Shown here one piece after another: positions 50,707-64,000 of a stretch of 64,000 nucleotides of DNA. Both the position numbers and the translations under genes were made by a program. The notes under the pieces were generated by a model that saw only the letters and a program-made list of their open reading frames with translations, did not search any database and was not told the DNA's origin. Origin of the DNA: Fimbriosthenelais zetlandica (lineage: Eukaryota); contig OZ365114.1 of NCBI GenBank assembly GCA_977030845.1, positions 21,328,001-21,392,000 on the forward strand, in the 5' to 3' direction. Position 1 is the first letter of the stretch, and each line of letters opens with the position of its first letter.

Positions 50707-53700
50707 CAAGTTGGGAGCTTCCTAGATTAAAATATCAATTGAAATCGACTTATCATCAATGGGAATATGAGGCAGGCAGCGTGTGAGAGTTGAACTATGC
50801 ACGAGGAGGCGGTATCCTTCTGAAAAGACGCGTCCCCTTCTATAATGGCACTTTGGAAGGCGCGATATTGTGTCTTGATCTAACACCAACGTCGTGTTAG
50901 TGCCAAAACGGCTTAAATGCTGGGGATAAACTGGACATTATACAATCTGAAAGCCGACATATTTCGCCACTTAAATATTCCAATATAGCCGCACATTGCG
51001 TCGATGAAAGTGACATGGTGCGCATTGGGCGCTGGGCGGACGCCAGCTTCCAAAGTCGCGTGGCTATTGTCGGCATGTCAATTTTTCCCCGAGCGAAATG
51101 GACGTATCGCGCAGCTTCCTTTGTGCTGTATCAATTGACATTTTGTCATTTTAGATGAGTCTGGTTTAAGTGAAAGCACCTTTTGAAGGGTGTTTATTTG
51201 CAAGTTATTTCACTTTTGCACAATTGAAGTGGAAGGGAAAAAGAATTTGAAGCTGTTTCCATCTATATCCATATATCTTCAGCAATAACTCTCTACCATG
51301 TGTCTTTTTTGTGAAACTTTAGTACGTAAATCTGTAAACCAAACTCTCAGGAATCGATGACTTCGCATGTATATGGTACATGTAGTGAGGTTGATTATTG
51401 TCAACCCTGTATATAAAAACATATTATGATTCATGAAAAGACAAAAAAGTTTCAATGTTACGTAAGAATTTCCTGCTCCCTTCAATAATTCCTTGCTCAC
51501 TTTCAACAGGGATAGCTCTAGCATCAAAATTGAGGAAACTGTTTTTAAAATTAGGATATAGGCCTAAACAACGACCGATATTAGAGGTGACAAACTCGAG
51601 TTACAGTTCTTAGATGTTGGGCTCTCCAGCTTCTATTCAGTGGTACAGTGTGAACACCCTACCTTGCATACATAAAAACAAAGGATTCGAGAGGCACGAA
51701 AAAATCCATCATGTACTTTTCAACTCTGGCCCTTCCCCCTGTTATACCAGTTCCCCGGTTGCCTTTTGTCTCGCGTTTCCTCCCTGTCTTGCCAATCTAG
51801 CAGCTCCAAAGACAAGACTTTTTTGTGCGTCTTTTACGCCGGCCTTGGCCCCTGCCGAGATCAAAAGATATCGAGCATCCGTTAAGGCTATTGTTTTGAG
51901 GCCGCTTTGGGTGTTACTTTTTTAAGCTGGCCTGCGTTAGAAGTCGCGGGGTGTTACTTTAATCTTAGATGTGGGGTACTTGAGAAGTAGAGAGTGGGGA
52001 GAGAGGACCGGTGGGAAGGCAGCAGGCGGAGGGGGATGCAGCGAGAGTGGGTCTCCAGTCCTCCCATACCGGGCTCCTGGGGAAACAACGGTCCACAACA
52101 ACCACTCTCTATTGTACCTAGATCAAAAGTAAGACCCAATTAACATATACATTGTACAACCTCCATTTCCCCTTTTTGATCCTTCCTCGTTAATTGGACT
52201 TCTGACTAAACAAGCACGTGTATCTGGTCATTTGATATACCAGTTGCATTGCCAATCCATTGCACTGCCAGGGACTGCATGGCCAGGGGACATTTTGAAA
52301 CTAAGTTGCAATCGATTTTGTACAAAATCTGATACAAAGGAGCAATTGAAAGTTTTGAAAGGGCACATTTTGTATAAAGCATTCTCCTACATTAATCGGA
52401 GCAGTCAATGTTAGTTCAGTGTTTATTATTCAATGACAAGGCGTTTCAATCGCCAGTGAATCCTCCATTCTTCCTTTAGCCCGCTAGGGATATTACAGAC
52501 ATCGCCCCAACAATTTACCAACAAATTAAAGTCCAAAGTTCAACTGTTCGGTAAGCCAGAAATTCAAAACCCATAGAGATTCTGCATAATGGATATTGGG
52601 ACATGCAATATTTCAGGAGGAAATGTCCGTGGAAGTGGAGGATACTAAAATTTCTTGTAAGTGACAGTCCACCGTCTAAACTGAGCACCTGCTTTCCAGG
52701 CATACATCCTCAACAATAATGTGGCACCCCCTGAGTACCAGGCCACTAAAATGTAAAGAACGCACATCCAAATAATGATAAGCTTTTAATCAAAGTTTGA
52801 ATCAATTTTCTCAGGTATCACCCACCACCACATGCACGGGTAGAGCGACCACATCACACAGACCAGTCCTACCCTTCCTTCCACCCTTTTGATCCTTCTA
52901 ATTAACACTTTTCCCCGGGCCGCCGCAGTGTTTAGGGAGAAAACACCTCGGCTGGGAAACCCATCAGGTGTTGTCAATTTCACCCAGGTGTGTTAATTTC
53001 GCATCCTTTTTGATGGACACACCCCCTCCTGCCAATGAAAACTAGTCTTGCAACACTCAGCCAGGCACTCACACACTCTGTACACACACACTCACAGCCA
53101 CCTAGCACTTACCAAAGGCTCTTCTTGGGGACATGCACCATCGAGACTTGAATTTTAATCCAAAGCTTTAGTGGATAGTTTCATTCTTTCCTCCTATAGT
53201 GGGGAGATATTCAATTTACCGAGGTGTATGGGTCCCTGAGTGGGCAATCCTCGGGGTTTTGGTGGATGGCCAGGAGGGGGTTGAATGGTGGGGGTCAAAG
53301 GTCACACTCCCGGAGGGTCGCTTTATTCTTGAAAAGTCTTTTAATTCCCTACGTATTAGTACGGGGCAGTAGCTAGCTCGCGGGTTGCATAGAGTTGGGG
53401 TGTTACCCTGGAAAATTTGACTATACAGGGGGTAGAAAAGGTAGTCAGTAGAGGTGACAGGGCTAGGTCAGGGTCTGAGTGGCCCTTAATAGGGCTGTCA
53501 AGCCACCTGGAGCCCCCAGGCCCTTCTGGGGGGCTGCCGTCACCACAGATACCCCTGGAATCTAAAGATTTACACAGAATTTGGTTCCTCTGGAAACACT
53601 GCTTATTCCCACTTGGTTACCTCTTATCGACCGGATCAAATTTCTGGTAAATTTCCAATCAATTTTGTCACATGCAGAGAAAACTGGCAGATGGGATATT

Positions 53701-56700
53701 TTAAGTGTCATGATTACATTAAGTATTCTAAAGACATGCTATATATTTTTCATTTCCTTTTCTAGTTTCATATTTTGAATTGTTCATTGAAATATTTCAG
53801 CAATTGGAAATGTAACTGAAAACTTACAATCACAAAAAACAATACAGTCCCTATACTAAGTCAATCAAATCTTCCTCCTCAGATCCGCCTTATGTACTAA
53901 TATTTATCTTTGTATTTAACGCTATCGCTATATATAAAGACGACAATGCCTTTACATTGTTCTCTTATACACTTGTTGGGGATTTTTTTTCTCACGCCAC
54001 TATAATACCTTTGCCAGAGATGCAATGATGGGAGAACAATACGCCAGCCCTTTCTCCTACAACAATACCCCAGCGGCGGTTCGCATTTCATTATCTAATC
54101 ACTCTTACATACTCAATAATGTAATGTTATAATGAACATTTCATTCTTAACACAATTGCTTGCTGCTGACTTACATGAAAGGCTCAATATCACAGACAAT
54201 CCATACTATAATAGGCCTGCTAGAAATATGATATTTGGAGACAGTCCAGGAGGTTGTTGCCTCTCGTATTTTCCTTTCAGAATGAATATATTTTGATGAA
54301 GCCGATTCACCTATTTAGAAGGCCACAACACAATTATTGCAACTTTCCACAACACTTGACGACGCGCCCACTATGACGACGCGTAACTATGAAGGTGGTT
54401 GTCAAGCACTTGACCCACTTTACTAACTATTAACAGTTTCTTGAATTGGCGGTGGTTATACCACGATGACGAAAGTCACTTGAAGACTTTCTGGATTACG
54501 CGTAGTTATAGCGGGTGGGATGGAAAGTTTCAATGGGTGAAGCTTTGTGACATTGTAATGAGTGAATGAATCTCTTTGGGCAAAAAGGTATCAATAAACA
54601 AGGCCACGATGAGCATAATAAAGTACATGTACATATACATCATTTTAAACCCTTGATATTTGTTGAAATGCACAATTTCTTCTTTAGGAAAGTTCCCATA
54701 AGTCTAAACAGAGCTGTTAGTTCTGTTTAATAATCCTTCGCAGGCTTATCGACAACGATCTTTTGTTCAAAAAACATGATCTGTAATAGGCTAATTAGGC
54801 CACGTCGATAGAAATCCATTCACAAACTAACCACAATTCCATGCGGGGAAAAGTGTGCCGAAATTAGCCTCGTGTGCATTCCTACGTCCTTTACCTTCAC
54901 ATAACTGGGTTGGCCATGCAGTAAGAATGGGGCACAAGTATTGTGTTCGTAGAAACTTGGACATGTTCTCTCCTTTCTCCCCACGGGTATTCAACTTTTA
55001 ACTGTGGCTCAACTGCTTTCCTTTAAAAGTCATCACGCTGGGATGGGGATTTTGTGAAATTAACCGAGGTGTCGGCATGTAAAGAGGGATAATACTCTGA
55101 GCAATGGGCGCCTGATCGCTTTGTTGTACACGAGCCCTCCATCCACCAGCTCCGACTGTCAATCATCGCATCTACCATTGACGACCCACACAAAACTCCC
55201 GCCAAAATTATCACGCCTTGCCTGAAAAGTTTCTGGTCAGTGTACATGATTCTTTTCAGGGTTCCTGAAAAAGGAAAAAATCTTCTTCTCCGGCCGAGAG
55301 AGGAGGAGGAAGGTGTGAATGGGAGTTGGAGAGGTGGAGGGAGACGCAGAGATGGAACAAGCGGCCGGTGCGCTTGAAGAGATCGTAGGAAATCGCTCGT
55401 GAGATTAATTTGGCCCCCTATACATGTGTGTGATTGGTTGGTGAACCATGTCGATTTGACTGGACTATATCAATGATGTAGACATTTCTTATGAATCCCT
55501 CACTTTCCTTCTTATACTGATATTTACAAGCCTGGGGGAGAGGAGGTGTATATTTCACTCCCAATCTTACCATCCATGTCGAAATCTTATTAACCCCAAA
55601 GTACCCGGCCTCTTATATGGGTCTCCACATTTCATAATTGGATCAGTTTGTGCTGCCGACAAATGAATGAGATTCTTATCTGGGGAGGTTCCTGTTGGCT
55701 TGCCAGGACTTGTACCGGGGCTTCTACCTGGAGAATGGCCCCCGTAGTGCTTGCCATTGATTTTGTTCTCTTCTTTTAGTCATAGGTAGGCATATAGTCA
55801 TTGTTCAACCTTGATAATATGGGGTATTTTTGGGTTAAACAATGTCATCATAGTCCCGGTATATAGACTCATGGTATAGCTAGCTTGTAACAGTGGATTA
55901 ACTGTTGCGCAACTATTGAATACGCTTGAATCTGAGGAAAGAGAGTCTCTGTGTGACTGTTTAGCTTTGGGAACCCGAGTCCGAGACGAGAGCCGAAACT
56001 ACGGTTGTAGGCCCCTTACTTACGTTTTTTAATTATTGAGTGAATGTGTCCAATCAAATACTTGCTATACCATACAAAAATCAAGGCCTTTGCCTCAACA
56101 AGGTAGAAAATTTCATTAAGAAGTAATCAAATCAAAATAGCCTGGGGCACACTGCGCAAAACCAAAAGGAAGTGGTGGCGTATAGATCAAAATAAGATCA
56201 GAGTAGTTTATGTATATAGACTAAAATTACTTCATTCATCTCGGGATTTTTTCATAACTTCAATTGAGGACTCTTTCATAAAGATGGTTGCCACCAGCAA
56301 GTCGCTCAAATGTGTGGGAATAAACCTAGTGAGGCTAGCGCAGTCATCAAACATTCTTTTCAGACCCTGACAGACTTCGTATAGATATGTCCGAGGGTGG
56401 GTTTAGGGAGCCGGGCTGTCTTAAAGGGGCCCGCAGCCTTTTGACACAAATGATCCATCACATATCAAATATCCACCGCCAAACTTAGGTCATTTTCAGG
56501 GCGTACTCATCGAGATGGTCCCGGGGAAAAAGTTGCATAAGTGGGCGTTTGATAAAAGGAGAATAACGAATAGTATTGGTAAATATTGTGCCGTATATCA
56601 AAGCGGTATACAGTCTAGCGGGTGGAATAGTTGGACTGTACGGGAAGGTCCGCCCCTCGACTTGGATTGTTCCCGTGGCTGCACGGCCTCTCGCATTCTT

Positions 56701-59700
56701 ACCCAAGTTGCGGGGGAATAGATCTGTTGAGGGCGTGTGTACAAATTACGTAAAGCATTATTTATCTTTGGGTTGAGTGGCATTGTAAATGTTCTGAATG
56801 CTGCTTAGCGGGCTTTGAATTGGATTTTCTAGGGATTGTTAAAAACTTTTGGCCCTTCTCACTTAAATCCCAAATTCTTTCTTGTGTACACGGTCATGGG
56901 AGGAGGAACTTTCTTCCGAATTTAGTTTGAGCAAGCATCTGCATTACATGATTGTGTAATCCTTTGGGCTATGGAATTCATGAATAAAGGAATTATTTAA
57001 GGAAGTAATTCATATCTTGTAAAATTGTTCATTAGATCTAGGTGCTATAGCGTATAATAGCGCGATGCTGAATAGGGACCCTGGCGTATTAAGTTCCAAA
57101 TAGTCCCTACCTCCCTTAGACGCGTCATTCGGACAATAGTCCCCTTTTCCCCCAAACCCCTTCTGTCCACACTAGAAAACAGAAATCCAGTTTTTACAAG
57201 GATAAAGCATACCCGCTATAAACATCAAATATTTTGACATTATCTTTTTCCTTGCTGGCTAGCTTTGAATTAGTCAGTGAGAGAGTCGGGTGGGGCTGCC
57301 GTCCTCGCTCTCTACTACAAGGGACCTATGTTGTGCTGGCCTTGCTGTGTGTTTATCTCCTACTGGTCTCCTCCGACAGTCTATTATAATTCAAGTATAT
57401 ATCTATATTTATATATTGACAGAGTACGTCCTACTCTGGCCTCTCTCATCTGGGCGCGACACATAGCTACCACAAGGCTTTCTATATCTAAATCAAGCTT
57501 AATCTCACCAGCCTTAAAGCTGCTCAGGTTCACATAATTGATTTCCCTCTTCTTTCCTGTTCTTGTATATACTTTTCCACGAATAACAATAGCTTATGTA
57601 GCTTCTTCATAAAAATAAAGGTGTTCATTGCGTGGGTTGATAGGATCTCCAACTTAAAGTAAACAATCCAGTTGCTATATTAGACGACGTATTCGTATTT
57701 GTAATGATTCCGAGATGGCATGCTGGCACCAAGCCTCATTTTGATTGTTTTAATAATCAAGGGCAGTTCTTTTATATTTCAGGCAAAATAAAAGGTTTGT
57801 CAAGCATGGATGTGATTGTTAATTACACCATATGATGCCAGTCTTAAACCACTCTGATTGGCATGTCAATTATGACAACAAACGCATGACTAATGTTTGA
57901 CATTTTAACTCAACCTAACAGTCAACTGCCTTTGTCATAATACCACAGCCAATAAAAAGAGAAAAAGGAATCCCAAAAAACAATCGAGAGGTGACTGTGT
58001 GTTTTTTCAAAACTACTGATAATGTAGGTTTAACATTTGTAAGTGCACCAAATAATAAGAGACTGGCCTAGGAGTCCATGCGTGTTGAACAGGGCTTAAA
58101 GACCAGGGGATTTTCCATACGCCTGCTCCCCAACTGTTGGTATATTGATCAATGAGCGTTGCTCATTTCAGTATTTTTGGATCCTTCCATGCCAAAGCTG
58201 CGTTTGTCATGTAAGAGCGGTGATTCTATAGAAGTCTCGTACGTGATGCTTGGCCAGTTGAACATGCTTGGGCTTTTACACCAAACAAACCAACTATTGT
58301 TTAAAACAATGCTTCGAACGGCCCTTTGTCGGCGCTGTGCTGAGATTTCTATGGGCGAGCACGCTAAAAAGTTTGACTTGTAACTTGTCGTGCACATGGG
58401 ACCCGAGAGAGCATGCATGTCCGACACAATTACTAGGGCCAGGAAAACGCACGTGTGTCACCGTGAAATGCATACACAAGAGTGGGGAGGTGCACACCGC
58501 CAGTATGTAAATTTCGTGGAATGGAGGAGGCGATGGGGTTATTTTTTACTGGCAGAAGCTTTTGTCGCGCCCGGCGATCATTTGGCGTTGTGGACACGCG
58601 TCGCAGCCACAAATCTCCTTGAAATAAACACTAATTTATGATGAAAATCAATGCAGCTTTAACTGAGTATAGCATCAGCTAGCTTTAACAGCCAGTTATG
58701 GATGTATGAATCATTCTGAGCCCAGCATTCATCCGTTAAATATTCAATTCACGCTCGACATTAAGCAGGTATCATGGTACATTTACATACATAGACCCAA
58801 CACTTGAGTTTCGCACATACTTAAGAAAAAAGTATTTAGCATAAAAATAATGGAAGGAAAACATTGGCGTTGGCGAGGTAAGATTTTCTGGTGTTTGATT
58901 GAAGTCATGGATGCTCCACTAACTCTCTGGTGCCAATAGGAGAATAACGCGGCGCGCAGGATCGTATGTCCATTGGGACATTATTTGTTGGGCATGCTGC
59001 ACTATCACAAGTAAACCTGACTGTAATATATACAAATATTGGCTGAAGATGCATCGTACTTGTCAGATGCGGTTTACCCTTGCTTCTCTAGGGCCCCGTG
59101 GTGCTGGAGGTGGAGGTATACTGCAGGGCTGAGGGCCTCCCATCATGGGGAGGCCCTTCTGTTTGCTGCTCTTGTGTGAAAGCTATACTCCGATCCTCTG
59201 GTGGCTGGGGGATGGAGGGGCCATCTTTGTGCTCATAGACAGGGGTTAGGGCCAGTGTGAAGTGGAGGCTTGTTGTCCGAACAAGGTTTTCTTTGCCCGA
59301 ATTGTGTGTCTGACGGATTGCCGTTTCTCCCTTTCCACCAGCGTCCATGGGTGCGAACAAACATCACCGCCAACCTCCCGATTTTCGCTGCGCCACTAGT
59401 TGTCGAATCACACAAACCGTCCTCTCCAGGACTGAGAGAAAAGTAAATGTTGATCTTTAAAACTGCCCTCCCCAACTCGCCACCATCCTTACCCTTTCCC
59501 AAACTGGCGCGTTGAAAGTGGAAATTTGATGGGAAGTTTTCGGGGGGAGGAGGAGTCCAGCACATGGCTATTGCCTTACCAGTATACCCAGCATATCAGC
59601 AGGTGTGAAATGTCCACATGGGTGAAGAACACCATCCCTGAATGTACACACCTCAGTCTGAAGTTTCCCATATTTTTTTCATTGCTAGCCTTCAATACCC

Positions 59701-62700
59701 TGTCCCCCAGTCATCCCTGTGCTGCATAACAGAATAGTACATAGGGCAGTTTGAAATGTACAAGATGGGGACAGATAAACCACGCCAAGCAAGTCTTTCT
59801 AAGTCAATACACAGGCTGATATTAACACTCTTCTATAGGGCCCAACTCTATACCTTTTCCACCTGGTTGCAATGCGCGGAAGAAGGGAACAAGGACCTCT
59901 CTTTCTATGTACCAGCCAAACTTGACGCTATCCTATCCTCCCCTTTTCTTCCTCTGACACTAACTAGACGTGACAAAGCAGGGAGGAGCGTCAACTGGCG
60001 ATCTTTTGTCGCCCATCCGAGGTAAATAACAAGCCATTGAGACCATTAAGCAGACTTTAAGAGTGATACGTTTGAGGAAAGCTTTTCTTCTCAATTGGTC
60101 CATTGTTGCATGTTAAGGTGTGAGCTTGTGTTGCACCAGTATAGGTTCCTAGGTTCTCTCTTTCTCGGAGTAAATAATAAAGACTATTGCTTGTCCAAAC
60201 ACTGCCTGACGGCCAGAATACGGACGGAAATGGGGTGTGAGGTGAAGCATATAGCATCATGTGACAGACTTATCACACTCTTGTCACCTGTCCTAAATGG
60301 TCAACATCACCTCCTGAGGTCATTCTCTGATGACCATGTCCACACAACAGTAAACAGTCAGCAATTAAGTGATGGGTGTACCGAAGCATGACATATAGTC
60401 TCTGCAATTGTGATGACTTCAACGCCACATAATTGTGTACATTTAACCACAATTTTGTACTTATTGCTATACTTGCACACACAAAAAACATATGGCTTCC
60501 CTTCTTTGTAGTTATGATGATGGAAAGGGCCTCCTCTTATTTCTGGGTCTAACCATTACAATATGTTGCATTGCATCAGGGATTGAAGCGAGCATATTGA
60601 TTCTGTGACACCAGTAAGAGCAGGGGTCTACCCCTACAGCGCGACCCCACCATTTCTGGTAATTAGTTCGGAGAGCTCCCGTCCCTAAGGGCACATGCCT
60701 GACCACCTTCGTCTCTTGCCATAAAAGATGTATTCTTTCACCCACGCACATTTTAAAGAAACTTTGTTGACATGGCCCCAACCAATGTCAGTTTCTCATC
60801 AGGAGAGTGAAATGCACCACGAAAGTCAGCAAAGAAAACTTGCGGGCTGCATCCCCGAGTCAATTCCAAGGTGTCGCGACCTTTGGTTTAATTCCAAAAC
60901 CACTGGCTAACAAGTCTCACCCCGAGGTTGTGGCCCAGAGGTTGGGAAGCCTGAGAGTTGGGGGAACGTATAAAGGCGGGCCTGGAGCTGGCTTTTGTGA
61001 GCTTCTATTGCCGCAGGATTGGAGGGGAAACTCCGCCACAACCCCTGCTGAAATGTGACATGGTTGCGCCTCAACTAGAACGCACCAAAACTCTCCAGTT
61101 GTCGTCTCCTTCTATTCGTGGGCTGAATGCATCATTATGCTTCCATCGAACGACTCAAAACCATCGTATTAGATCGTATACACTAGGGATTCACTTAGTT
61201 AAAATGCCCTTATCCCTCTTTCAAGGTCTTTAATCCCCATAAGTCTTGATGTAAACCCAGGAGGGCCAAATGAAATATCCCCCTGACCTGCAGTCCTTGT
61301 TCCTCTGATCACCGATCAATTCAAAGATACTCTTGTATCGGCAATAACACTCATTTCCGGTTGACCAAATGTATCTGTATTCTGTTTGCATGGATTTAGT
61401 TTCTTATTTTAAAAAATCAAGAATTTGTCCCACAAAGATTGTATCATGAACAGCCATACAGTCATGTATGTTTTGAACACATCAAAATGTTTCTTGGATG
61501 TAACATTTTAGGAACACTGTACAGGCACATATACGATGAAGAAAGCCGTCTGGAAAATGGAGTATGTCGACCCTGAGGCCTTACAAAAGGCATCAACAAG
61601 GCCTAACAGAGAACCAAAGACATGCTCAAGAGAGGGGAAAGCTTTTTCTTTCCATCTCTTTTCATTCAGCACCAGTTTAGCCCGTTTTGCAGGGCTTCAC
61701 TGTCAATATGCTGAACACAGGGGGCATGCGAGGAACCAGGGCCAAGGAGCCTGAAATAAATTAGGCCCTTCTTTCATGTGGGGGGTTACGCTAGGGGGGA
61801 TCGATCCTCTATAGGCCCACCATCTTTTTTGTGTCTCGTTTTTTATTCTTTTTCTTTTTCTCTCTTTTGATGTTGGGCAAGATGCTCTCTCGAGTGTCTT
61901 GTAGGCGTCCCAACCGACGTTCAGGAGGCCTGCGCCCCACACCTCATCCCTTTGTTATCTTTGCAAAGTCACCTAAAGGCGCTTTTAACAGAAATCGAAA
62001 CACTTTGAGGCAGTGAGAGAAGCCGGTGACAATAAGTGATGACTTGACCGTATTACTTTTTAGTCACCCACTGCCTGCCTGCGCCTGATCCCCATTCATT
62101 TTGGGTAATCATGAGACTAGTCAGTATTGGATAGATGGCTATGTAGACAGTATGATTTAGCAGCTTTCAATCCTATTTGTTATAATTATGGCCTTCAAAT
62201 TTGATTACTTGAAACTTCAAAGGAAATTATAGTCATTGAAAAGCATCAAAATGTACAAAAGTATGACAATTTTTTCATCTTGTTGGAATGAATTTAGAAT
62301 GCAAAGCACCGCTAAATCTTCCAATTATCTCTCGGGCACTTGGCAAGTTCTCTTGGTAGGTTAATGTTGACAAGGGTCTTTGTTAGTAACAAATGGTTTC
62401 ATCTGTACACTTCTCTATAGTGGAAGGTTTTCTTCACCTGACTCATACTTGACCCTGTAGTCCGACGCAGGACAACACACTTAGCACTGACCAGTCACCT
62501 GAAAGGGAGTGAAGACAGCTACAAATCCTCACCCAATGATTCCAAATGGACGACCAGAAGGCAGTGTCAAAAGATCAGATGCTGCGAGTCACAATGGCGA
62601 GCATTTCAATGTGAGATCAAAGCCTTGATGCGCACCTTCCGATGCAGCCATTCTTACCCACCCCTACAGGTCGCCTACCGGCCATGCTGCCTTAAGTCCG

Positions 62701-63212
62701 TCCAAAAGGAAGTGGTCAGTGAAGGTGGCAACTCACTAAGTGACTGCTTCCGGGGCTAAGTGAGTGTCGCTGTGCGCACAGCCGGATGAAGATCCGGATC
62801 CGGCCAGAATGGTCCGGTAGCGTGCGTCTGGACTAGCGGTCACTCCTCTGACCATCAGAGGTGTAGCGATTGGACACAATGGGGGCTAGGGATCCAGACG
62901 ATGAACAGTCACGAGATCCTTGATGTCCACTATTGTGGTGGCATTATCGCGTGACAAAACGCTGGTGACAGTTAATGTGTGACGCAGCTTTGTCCAGTGT
63001 TTAGCCCATGTTTTAATACCTGACCATTGGCACTCACTCATTGACGCCCCCATAGTTGTGACTGTCACTGTGACACCTAGCAGTAATGGATGGAACAGGA
63101 AACAGAGACCCTGCACATGCGTGCCGAGACAAATACAAAGTCAATGTGCTGCCCCATTACATTTGAGGAAAATTCAGTTAAAAGTTCCCTGAAGTTTTCC
63201 TGAGCTCATGGA

Positions 63213-63301
63213 GCATATCACATACAGCAGCATCCCATGCTGTCTTTGGCCTTCTTGTTGGCATATCAGATACAGCATCGTATACTGTCTTTGGCCTTCT
63301 T
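63213..63301 (+). repeat. 48-bp-period tandem duplication
   Basis: gcatatcacatacagcagcatcccatgctgtctttggccttctt (63213) and gcatatcagatacagcatcgtatactgtctttggccttctt (63261). Confidence 0.88.
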
Positions 63302-64000
63302 AATTCTTAAAAGGCACAAAAAGGATAATTTTATACAACCTCCCCTTCCCCTTCCATACCTCCTCAATTCATGACTCACTCCCTCCAACCACACCCCCTA
63401 TACTAATTCTATGAATAAATGGAGTCAAATTTGAAAATTATTCTTAAAACATTCTATTCTAATGAATGGGAAATCGTACAATATTTTCAGGATCCTGAAG
63501 TGATCCTCATTAATACCAGTGGTGGAAGCTGACAATGAACAATACAGATGGAATACTAAAAGAAGAGCATCCAAAAAATATTTCGTTTGAGTATGGTACA
63601 CATAACATCAATAAAAGGCTGGTGATCCAGCAGCATACAGCAGCCATGGCCAGGTATTGACACGGTGGTCTTCCCTAGCCGACTCATCCGCTTCTCTCTT
63701 CTTTGTCTCTCCTCATTGTTGACACAATTGCCAGCCCCTAATTAGCCACTGATTGTTCAGACACTAGGACAACACTCTACACTAGTATTGATGCAATAAT
63801 GTCACTGCAGCCAGTTTTTCTTACCACTGTCCTGCTTGATTTAGGTCAGGTAGAATATTAGTCCATTAGAAAATATACTCTTCACTGTCGTTGGAATTTT
63901 TTTTAAATTTTGTACAGTGAAATATTTCATAATTTACAAAGGCTATCACCTCGATCAGTTATCATATGTGGGGCATTTATAAACTCAGGTTCTCTGACAG

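Noticed and set aside
55081-55377. KEG*YSEQWAPDRFVV resembling a Polinton integrase C-terminal motif, followed by an open frame
   Set aside because: Very short match interrupted by a stop, with no DDE core nearby.
1-64000. CRISPR array, rRNA, operon-like or phage gene cluster
   Set aside because: No regularly spaced repeat-spacer array, no rRNA-like sequence and no dense long ORFs. The DNA is eukaryotic and intron-containing.

Overview
Eukaryotic (animal-like) genomic DNA. It is AT-rich overall, with GC/CpG-rich patches, and almost all of the supplied ORF track looks spurious. One protein-coding feature is securely recognisable: a spliced terminal exon (23553-23813, +) of an MPDU1/Lec35-type PQ-loop protein, with a good acceptor and a C-terminal KKXX motif. 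I could not find its upstream exons in the preceding 23.5 kb. Just downstream lie decayed retroelement fragments: a clear CR1/L2-like LINE reverse-transcriptase relic and a probable Gypsy-like integrase relic. The rest contains short tandem duplications, hairpins, G/C-run tracts, several promoter-like motif clusters (ETS/YY1/E2F) with no recognisable adjacent gene, and a few short peptide motifs that resemble known families but may be chance. I found no CRISPR array, tRNA, rRNA, intact transposon or convincing novel multi-gene system. All homology calls are by eye, with no database search, and the speculative ones are scored low.
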